Part shown: positions 57,499 through 64,000 of the stretch, one piece after another
Position numbering within the stretch: position 1 is the stretch's first letter
Layout: each line of letters opens with the position of its first letter
Assembly: GCA_963784445.1 (NCBI GenBank)
Contig: CAWARO010000003.1
Coordinates: forward strand, 1,169,440 to 1,233,439
DNA: 64,000 nucleotides
Direction of reading: 5' to 3'
Source of the DNA: an uncultured Acidimicrobiia bacterium
GTDB lineage: Bacteria; Acidobacteriota; Vicinamibacteria; Vicinamibacterales; UBA2999
The notes under the pieces: model-generated
What the model was told of the DNA's origin: nothing
The model's database searches: none
Seen by the model: the letters and a program-made list of their open reading frames with translations, nothing else
Program-made: the position numbers and the translations under genes

Positions 57499-59145
57499 AT
57501 GATTCGTTTCGCTCTTGCGCTGGTGCTGGTCTGCATTGCGCCCATCATCCCGCGCGCACAATCGCGTCCCGCGTTGGGCAGTGTCGTATTTCCGAACTCG
57601 GGCAGCGCGGCGGCGCAAGCGGATTTCCTGCGTGGCGTCGCCTGGTTGCATAGCTTCGGTTACGAAGATGCGATCGACGCGTTTCGAGCCGCGCAGAAGA
57701 TCGATCCGTCATTCGCGCTTGCCTACTGGGGCGAGGCGATGAGTTTCAGCCAGCCGCTGTGGTTCTACGAAGAAGTGCCGCAGGGCCGCGCCGCCCTGGC
57801 GAAGCTGGGGCCGACACGCGACGCACGTATTGCCAGGGCGAAGACGCCTCGTGAGCAGGCGTTCATGCGCGCCGTTGAGGCGCTCTTCGGCGATGGCAAC
57901 ACCGCCGCGCGCGCTGCGGCGCACGCCGAGGTCATGTCGAAACTCGCCCTCGACCATCCCGCCGACGATGAGGCGCAGACGTTCTATGCGCTGGCCCTGC
58001 TGGCGACGCTTCCGCGCGGCGACGATGCGCTGCCGATTCGGCGGCGGGCGGGAGAAATCGCTGAGAAGGTATTCGCGAGGAGTCCCAATCATCCGGGCGC
58101 CGCGCACTACCTTCTGCACGCCTACGATCACAGCGCGCTGGCGGCGCGATCGCTGACGGCGGCCCGCGCCTTCGCGAAGATCGCGCCGGCGGCGAGCCAC
58201 GCGCTCCATATGCCCGCGCACGCCTTCCTCCAGGCCGGCTTCTGGGATGAGGCAGCGGCGAGCGACGAAGCATCGTGGAACGCGTCGGTCGCCTGGGCGA
58301 AGCGGCGCGGCCTCTCGATTGCGAGCCGGGATTATCACAGCCTCGCCTGGCTCCAGTACCAGTGGACGCAGCAGGGACGATTTTCCAAGACTAAGGAAGC
58401 GATTGCCTTAGTGGAAGCCGCGATCAAGTCGGGATCGGGGAGCCGGGATCCGGGATCCGGGAAAGCCGTCTCGCCGCTGCATGCGGGAGGTCACGGCTAT
58501 GGTGAGAGTGAAATCGGGCGAGGAAGCGGCGAGGCCGCGCTTCGCAACGATCGCGGCTCCATGCGCGCGCGCTACATCATCGAGAGCGAGCGCTGGCAGG
58601 AGATGAAAGGGCAGACCACCTTCGACAACATCGAGGAGCTGTTTGCCCTTGGCTTGAGCGCGGTCAACCTCGCCGACGGCGCGCGGGTGCGGTCGGTGAT
58701 CGAGGAGTTCCGCAAAGCCGCCGCGCCAGGGCAGGCCGCCGACCTGCGCGAGCAGGCGGAGGTCATGCTGCGCGAGATGGAGGCGCTCGATCTCTTTGCG
58801 CAAGGGCGGCACGCCGATGGGCTGGCGCAGATGGATCGCGCCGCCTCGCTGCAGGCGCGGATGCCCAAGCCGATCGGGCGGCCGTTTCCCGTCAAGGACG
58901 TGAACGAGGTATACGGGGAGCTGTTGCTGCAGGTGAATCGGCCAACTGAGGCGATCGCGCGATTCGACCGCGTCCTCGCGCGCACGCCGAATCGCAGCCG
59001 GGCCCTCCTTGGTCTGGCGCGCGCGTATCGAAACGCAGGTGATGTCGGGAACGCTCGAGCGGCGTATAAGAGGTTCTTGACCAACTACCGCCAGGCCGAC
59101 GCGGGTCTTCGAGAAGTGGCCGAAGCCAGGGACGCGCTGAAGTGA
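57499..59145 (+). CDS. TPR-like periplasmic protein with conserved His motifs (TPR-B), intact
   Basis: Signal MIRFALALVLVCIAPIIPRAQS; AYWGEAM; HPGAAHYLLHAYD; SHALHMPAHAF; C-terminal TPR-like repeats. Confidence 0.8.
   Translation: MIRFALALVLVCIAPIIPRAQSRPALGSVVFPNSGSAAAQADFLRGVAWLHSFGYEDAIDAFRAAQKIDPSFALAYWGEAMSFSQPLWFYEEVPQGRAALAKLGPTRDARIARAKTPREQAFMRAVEALFGDGNTAARAAAHAEVMSKLALDHPADDEAQTFYALALLATLPRGDDALPIRRRAGEIAEKVFARSPNHPGAAHYLLHAYDHSALAARSLTAARAFAKIAPAASHALHMPAHAFLQAGFWDEAAASDEASWNASVAWAKRRGLSIASRDYHSLAWLQYQWTQQGRFSKTKEAIALVEAAIKSGSGSRDPGSGKAVSPLHAGGHGYGESEIGRGSGEAALRNDRGSMRARYIIESERWQEMKGQTTFDNIEELFALGLSAVNLADGARVRSVIEEFRKAAAPGQAADLREQAEVMLREMEALDLFAQGRHADGLAQMDRAASLQARMPKPIGRPFPVKDVNEVYGELLLQVNRPTEAIARFDRVLARTPNRSRALLGLARAYRNAGDVGNARAAYKRFLTNYRQADAGLREVAEARDALK
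58430..58464 (+). repeat. heptamer repeat CGGGATC x5 inside the TPR-B coding sequence
   Basis: cgggatc ggggagc cgggatc cgggatc cgggaaa encodes SGSGSRDPGSGK. It lies in a segment absent from paralog TPR-A. Same core as the repeat at 26070-26097. Confidence 0.9.
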
Positions 59146-61847
59146 TCTCGAAGACCGGCGTGGCCGTCGTGTGGGCGATCCTCGCGGTGGTTCCTGCGCG
59201 CGCAGAACAGGGAGACTGGCAGACGCTCGACGTGCCAGGCGGTGGCGCCACGTTGACGCGACTCGGCGTGCCCGGCGATCGCGAGCGCGCGATGGTGATG
59301 ATCGACCTCATCCGCCGATTGCATTTCTCGTCGACCGGGTCGGCCGCGCTCGTGTCGTCGCTTCGCGAGTTGTCGTTACGGCCGCCAGAGGCGGCTACGG
59401 CGACCGTCGCGCTGCCGTCGCCGCTTCCGTCGCGACTGTGGTCCGAGGTGCTGGCGCGCGACATCGCGCCGCGGCGGTTGTTCATCGAGATCCTGAACGA
59501 CGAGCGCGCACGTTTGCTGTACCACGGTCTCGCCGGACTGGATCGCGAGACCCGGCAATGGTTTCACACCCAACCGGAGCTGTTGCGCTGGCTGTATCAG
59601 GAGCAGGATGCGGTGCGGTCCTTTTCCATGTTTGCGCCGGCGCTGAGGGTCGTCCAGGGCCGCGTTCACGTGCCCGGCGGACCAGACGCAGTACGGCAAT
59701 GGTCGGCGATCCTCGGCACCGACGTGTCGCACCCGGAGACGTTCGCGCGGCGGCTCTTTTCGCACCAGGCCGGGAGGACCGCCGGTCTCTATTTCGTGTT
59801 TGCCGCCGTGGATGATTCACGACGCGCCTTTCTCATGGGCGGCGCGATGCCGGCCGCGCGGCGGCAGCCGCGCTTTCAACGCCTCGTCTCCGGTTTTGCG
59901 TCGTGTTACCCGCCGCGTTCAACGGCCTATCCCTTTGTGGTGCGGTCGTATGACGCGGCCTTGTTGCTGCTCGAGGTCGACTTGGCGACCGACGGTGCCC
60001 TGGCCGGACCATCCGATCGGCGGTTTTGGGAGGAGGTCTTCGGAGATGTCCTGCGCGGCGGAGCCGATGCCGATGAGCCCCGGATCGACGCCGCGTGGAT
60101 GGTGAATGCCTTGTGCGGTGCGCTCGCCGAGCATCGGGCGCTGGTGTTCGCCACCTTGCTCGCTGGGCATCGCACGTTTCGTGAGGTCTCCAAAGCGGAA
60201 TGGCCCGACCTCGTCGCGGCGCTTCGCGCGCGGCGAACGTATCCGGCGTTGTTTATGGCGCTCGAACACGCCGGCGTGCGAAATGGCGCCGCCTATGCCG
60301 CGGCTGCGAGGCACGCCGCTCTGTTGTCTCAGGTGGTCGACGCGGAGCGCAGCATCACGGCCTTGCGGCAATTCCAGGGGGCGTTGATGTTGACCCTCAA
60401 CGCGACGCATGCCGGCACGTTGAGTGTGAGCAAGACTGAGTCGCTGATCGCGTCGTTAGCGGCCGTGCCATTCGACAATCAGCGATACGACGGCCGCCTT
60501 GCGGACTGGCTCGCGCGCGAATGGCGACCTGCGGAGCGCGAGGTGGCGGGCGCTCTTGCCGGACCCGCGGCCATGCCGCTGCAGGCGGTCCAGTGGGAAG
60601 GCCGCGGGTACGTGGTGGATATCGCGGGCGCGGCTCGTCAGAGACTACTGGAGATTCGCAAGCGGCAAGGCGGTGTGTCGCTTGATCGCGTCATCGCGCT
60701 GCATTCCATCGCAGTTGCGCTAATCGATGCACGGTTAGGGCCCGGACGGGCGGTGACGCTCGCATCGGAACTGGCGGCTCTCGCGCCGCACCTGGCATTG
60801 CCGGAGGTGGCCGCCGAATACGAGAACGATGGCGTTGCTGTGCCAACCGTGCTGGCCGGCGCGATTGCCGAGTTGAAGCTCGGGCGCCCGGCCGGTGTCG
60901 GTGCCACGCTATTGCCGGTTGTGGATTTTCTCCTGGCGCACGTGCTGCCGTCATGGGCCTACGCGCCACATCTCGGGAGCGCGGGGAGCGGCGCGTTGGT
61001 CGGCGGCGATGGGTCGCTCCGCCATCGGCTGGGTGTGCGGCAGTTGGGTCGCGGCCGCACCGAGCAGCCGTGGCAGCTGGCCATCTCCCCGGCCGCGCGC
61101 GGAACAATTGGCGGATCAATCCTGGGCGTGCAGGCCGCGCTGGCCAGTTGGTCGCTGCGCCGGTTGTCGAGCGATGCGGTGCCGGCGGCGCCGGCGATCG
61201 ACAGCAACGATTCGATTCCGCTCATGCTTACTGCCGCGATGATCAATCCGCGCCGTCTCAACGACGCCAGCCTGGCTCACCTTGTTGCGGCGCATGCGAA
61301 AGGAAGCGAGGCCGTCGCGCAAGCGCGTCACGATCCGGCTCGACTCGATGAGCTCGCCGCGACGGCCGCGCTCAGTCCCTGGTCGCGCGCGGTCTTGCCG
61401 TGGATCATGAGTGAAGAGCCGGAGAGGGTGGACGAGCAGTTTTCGCCGACCGAGCGCGCGAGGATCGGCGGCCTGAGGCAGCACGAGCTTGCGGACTGGG
61501 GCAGCGTCTGGATGCCGTCGGGATCCCTGCTCCTTCGCATTCCGACCGCCCGCTTTCACGAGCTGTACGCCGGACGGACCGCTGATGGTATTGTCGGCGG
61601 CCGGAGCATTGATCTGCTGCTGCGCGTCGCGGCCTATCTATCGGAGCTGAAGCTGCCGGCGTCCCTGGCAGCGCCGGTGCTGTCGTTTGCCATGCGCGAT
61701 CACCTCGACCGGGTCAGGCCCTTTCATGCCGCGGATGCCGGCGCGTTCGCGCGGCAGGCGCGCACGCTGACGCGCAGCCAGTTCGAGGATTACGTTGGTG
61801 CGGTTGCGGCGATTGGTCCACTGCGTCTGGTGCCGGCGCGGCCATGA
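59142..61847 (+). CDS. 901-aa secreted orphan protein, no recognisable domain
   Basis: GTGA overlap with TPR-B. Signal-like VAVVWAILAVVPARAEQ. Uninterrupted 2.7-kb ORF. ATGA overlap with the downstream VWA gene. Confidence 0.7.
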   Translation: MISKTGVAVVWAILAVVPARAEQGDWQTLDVPGGGATLTRLGVPGDRERAMVMIDLIRRLHFSSTGSAALVSSLRELSLRPPEAATATVALPSPLPSRLWSEVLARDIAPRRLFIEILNDERARLLYHGLAGLDRETRQWFHTQPELLRWLYQEQDAVRSFSMFAPALRVVQGRVHVPGGPDAVRQWSAILGTDVSHPETFARRLFSHQAGRTAGLYFVFAAVDDSRRAFLMGGAMPAARRQPRFQRLVSGFASCYPPRSTAYPFVVRSYDAALLLLEVDLATDGALAGPSDRRFWEEVFGDVLRGGADADEPRIDAAWMVNALCGALAEHRALVFATLLAGHRTFREVSKAEWPDLVAALRARRTYPALFMALEHAGVRNGAAYAAAARHAALLSQVVDAERSITALRQFQGALMLTLNATHAGTLSVSKTESLIASLAAVPFDNQRYDGRLADWLAREWRPAEREVAGALAGPAAMPLQAVQWEGRGYVVDIAGAARQRLLEIRKRQGGVSLDRVIALHSIAVALIDARLGPGRAVTLASELAALAPHLALPEVAAEYENDGVAVPTVLAGAIAELKLGRPAGVGATLLPVVDFLLAHVLPSWAYAPHLGSAGSGALVGGDGSLRHRLGVRQLGRGRTEQPWQLAISPAARGTIGGSILGVQAALASWSLRRLSSDAVPAAPAIDSNDSIPLMLTAAMINPRRLNDASLAHLVAAHAKGSEAVAQARHDPARLDELAATAALSPWSRAVLPWIMSEEPERVDEQFSPTERARIGGLRQHELADWGSVWMPSGSLLLRIPTARFHELYAGRTADGIVGGRSIDLLLRVAAYLSELKLPASLAAPVLSFAMRDHLDRVRPFHAADAGAFARQARTLTRSQFEDYVGAVAAIGPLRLVPARP

Positions 61848-62992
61848 TGCGGATTGCTGCGATCGCGCTGATCGGCCTCGCGAGTGGTGCCCTTGGGTCT
61901 GCCCAGTCGCCGCTGCAGCTGCAGATCGTGTCGCCGCCCGCGGATGCCTACGTAAGCGATCGCCTCACCCTCGAAGCGCGGATCCTGCCGCGCGAGCGCC
62001 GCCGCGACGTGGTCGATGTGACGTTCTTCGCCGACGGCAGGCAGGTGTGCCGCTCGACCGACGTCGACGCGCCGAAATGTAGTTGGGATGCGGGTGCGCT
62101 CATCAAGTCCCACACCATTCGCGTCGTCGCGAACACCGTGTCGGGGGAGCGGCTGGTCGCCACCACGACCACGCGTGAAGTGGATTTCAAGGAAGGCGTC
62201 GACGTGCGGGTCGTCCAGATCAACGCGTCAGTAGCCGACCGCAGTGGCCGGTTCGTGGGCGGCCTGCGCAAGGATCAATTTCGGATTACTGAAGACGGTA
62301 CGCCGCAGGTGATCGCGTATTTCGCAGACGAGAAAGCCCCGCTGGAAATCGTCGTCGCCATGGACATCAGCGCCAGCATGGGCCACGCCCTCGACGACCT
62401 GCGAATGGCCGTGCGCCATTTCCTGGCGCAGCTCCGGCCGGAGGACCAGGTCACGCTCGTGGCGTTCAACGACGAGCCGTTCGTGCTGACGCAGCGCGAG
62501 ACCGATCCGTCGGTGCGCGCCCAGGCCCTCGATCGGTTGTCGGCCTGGGGTGGCACCACGCTCTACGACGTGATCATTCACTCGCTCGAGTTGCTGTCGC
62601 GCCGGCCCGGCCGGCGCAGCCTGATCGTGTTCAGCGACGGCGAGGACCAATCCAGCCAGGCCACCTTCGCTCATGTGGAGCGCGCCCTGAAGGCCAGCGA
62701 TGCCGCGTTGTTCGCGGTTGGACTTGGGCGTGGCCGTGAACAGGCGAACCTGCGTGAAACACTCGAAGCGCTCGCCGAGCCAAGCGGCGGCCGCGCGTTG
62801 TTTGCCGAACGGCCGGCGGAGTTAGACAAGGTGTTCGCCGAACTGCGCACCGAGCTCGCGCAACAGTACCTGGTTGGGTACGAATCGACCAACGCAAAAC
62901 CCGATGGCTCGTGGAGAAAGGTGTCGGTCGAAATACCGGGAACGAACTATCGAGTGCGCTCGCGCCAGGGCTACTTCGCCCCTGTGCAATAG
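61844..62992 (+). CDS. VWA domain protein (VWFA-related acidobacterial type)
   Basis: Signal MMRIAAIALIGLASGALGSAQS; MIDAS VVAMDISASM; GGTTLYD; VFSDGEDQSS. Confidence 0.85.
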   Translation: MMRIAAIALIGLASGALGSAQSPLQLQIVSPPADAYVSDRLTLEARILPRERRRDVVDVTFFADGRQVCRSTDVDAPKCSWDAGALIKSHTIRVVANTVSGERLVATTTTREVDFKEGVDVRVVQINASVADRSGRFVGGLRKDQFRITEDGTPQVIAYFADEKAPLEIVVAMDISASMGHALDDLRMAVRHFLAQLRPEDQVTLVAFNDEPFVLTQRETDPSVRAQALDRLSAWGGTTLYDVIIHSLELLSRRPGRRSLIVFSDGEDQSSQATFAHVERALKASDAALFAVGLGRGREQANLRETLEALAEPSGGRALFAERPAELDKVFAELRTELAQQYLVGYESTNAKPDGSWRKVSVEIPGTNYRVRSRQGYFAPVQ

Positions 62993-63013
62993 AACTCAAT
63001 CAGCAATCTGAAA

Positions 63014-64000
63014 TCAGAGATCTAAAATCGTAACCTGCCGCATGTAATAGCCCGACGTGAGGCGCCGTTGCGGCACGGACTGATCGGGGACCTCGAGCGC
63101 GATGGTGTAGGTGCCGGGCGCCGCCGGCTTCCAGCGGTATTCCCAGAGCGACCACATCGTGTGCGTCTTTGGTGCGGGGCAAATCTCGAACGGTGTGAAC
63201 GGCTGGTCGTTGGCGAAACGAATCGCCAGCCGATCGACCGGCTTGGTACCGCCCCACACGATGCCGACGATGCGATATTCCAGGCCGTTGGGGCCTTTGC
63301 GTTTCTCGACCCGCACCGGTGTGGCCGCGGTGTGGATGTCGGCCGGCGCGTAGTCGCGGGCGTATTTATGCGGTGAGCTCTGGTGCGTTCGGGCGGCGAA
63401 CTCCACCATCTGCGACGTCGCCGGTTCGTCAGGACCAACAAGACGGATTTCGTTGACCCACTTGATCCATGAGCAGCCGTACCATCCCGGCACGGCGAGC
63501 CGGACCGGCTTGCCGTGATCGGCGGGCACCGGCTCTCCGTTCATCTTGATGGCGAGAAACGCACCGAGCTGATCGAGGGACGAGAGCGGGAACACCCAGC
63601 TGGCGCCGACGATCGACCGCGGCGACACCTGGCCGATGTGATCGTAGCCGCTGACGAGCACGCCGGTGGCGTCCTTCGACGGCTGGAGCCGCGCCACCAC
63701 CTCCGCAAGCGGGATGCCTTCCCATTCGGCCACGCTCATCAACCCGAAGTGCCGGTTGCTGCCGTTGCCCGAGCACTCGAACAGGTGCGGGCCCATCTTC
63801 TTCGACTGAGGCGTGAGATCATCGAGGCGCAACATGGCCGGCTTGGCGAGCAGACCGCTCGTCTCGAGGGTCCACGGGCCCTGGTGATTCGCGGCCGCGG
63901 CGGGAATCTCGGTGCGGATATACGCGAGGTCGTTGGGCGTGATCAGCTTGTTGGGCTCGAGCAGCGACAGGTCGGTGTCCAGGCGCGCATCAAGTCCGAC
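63014..64000 (-). CDS. molybdopterin-dependent oxidoreductase (sulfite oxidase/YedY fold), 5' end outside the window
   Basis: HGKPVRLAVPGWYGCSWIKWVNEI. The frame stays open with no stop from 63835 up to nt 64000 (VGLDARLDTDLSLLEPNKLITPNDLAYIRTEIP...). Confidence 0.82.
   Translation of the reverse strand, partial: VGLDARLDTDLSLLEPNKLITPNDLAYIRTEIPAAAANHQGPWTLETSGLLAKPAMLRLDDLTPQSKKMGPHLFECSGNGSNRHFGLMSVAEWEGIPLAEVVARLQPSKDATGVLVSGYDHIGQVSPRSIVGASWVFPLSSLDQLGAFLAIKMNGEPVPADHGKPVRLAVPGWYGCSWIKWVNEIRLVGPDEPATSQMVEFAARTHQSSPHKYARDYAPADIHTAATPVRVEKRKGPNGLEYRIVGIVWGGTKPVDRLAIRFANDQPFTPFEICPAPKTHTMWSLWEYRWKPAAPGTYTIALEVPDQSVPQRRLTSGYYMRQVTILDL

Overview
High-GC (by eye about two-thirds G+C) chromosomal segment. 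The gene content points to Acidobacteriota: an ADOP-type duplicated MacB/FtsX permease, a VWFA-related acidobacterial-type protein, and CarboxypepD_reg-type TonB-dependent receptors. No rRNA, CRISPR array, transposase, integrase or recognisable phage or defence gene was seen.

Layout:
- 0-13.8 kb: housekeeping genes (MsbA-like exporter, yicC, gmk, coaBC, family-4 UDG, priA, M50 protease, IHF/HU, der, MerR, tRNA-Pro(GGG), Sua5/TsaC).
- 13.8-19.4 kb: a Tat-exported PaoABC-like molybdenum hydroxylase with a cytochrome b and an unknown small protein.
- 22.5-30.7 kb: a six-gene minus-strand cluster of MacA adaptor, ATPase, ADOP permease, second ATPase, sigma54 NtrC-like regulator and kinase.
- 32.4-40.3 kb: amidohydrolase and PLP enzymes, and a cupredoxin-like / HD-GYP / beta-barrel triad.
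- 40.3-48 kb: a response regulator-Hpt-bacilliredoxin trio, moaA, UPF0182, an S4 protein and ilvD.
- 48-63 kb: two paralogous TonB-receptor + TPR(His-motif) pairs. The intact pair leads into a translationally coupled TPR / 901-aa orphan / VWA operon. This operon is my best candidate for an undescribed envelope system.

Two pervasive sequence-level phenomena:
1. About two dozen frame switches, almost all of the kind produced by one extra base, are concentrated in eight conserved genes. This may be long-read insertion error or real decay.
2. Heptamer/octamer tandem repeats, REP-like hairpins and one perfect 33-bp-arm palindrome sit at or just after stop codons. Several have been absorbed into coding sequence.

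Many long ORFs in the six-frame track are antisense shadows of real genes, as is typical of high-GC DNA. They were not called.
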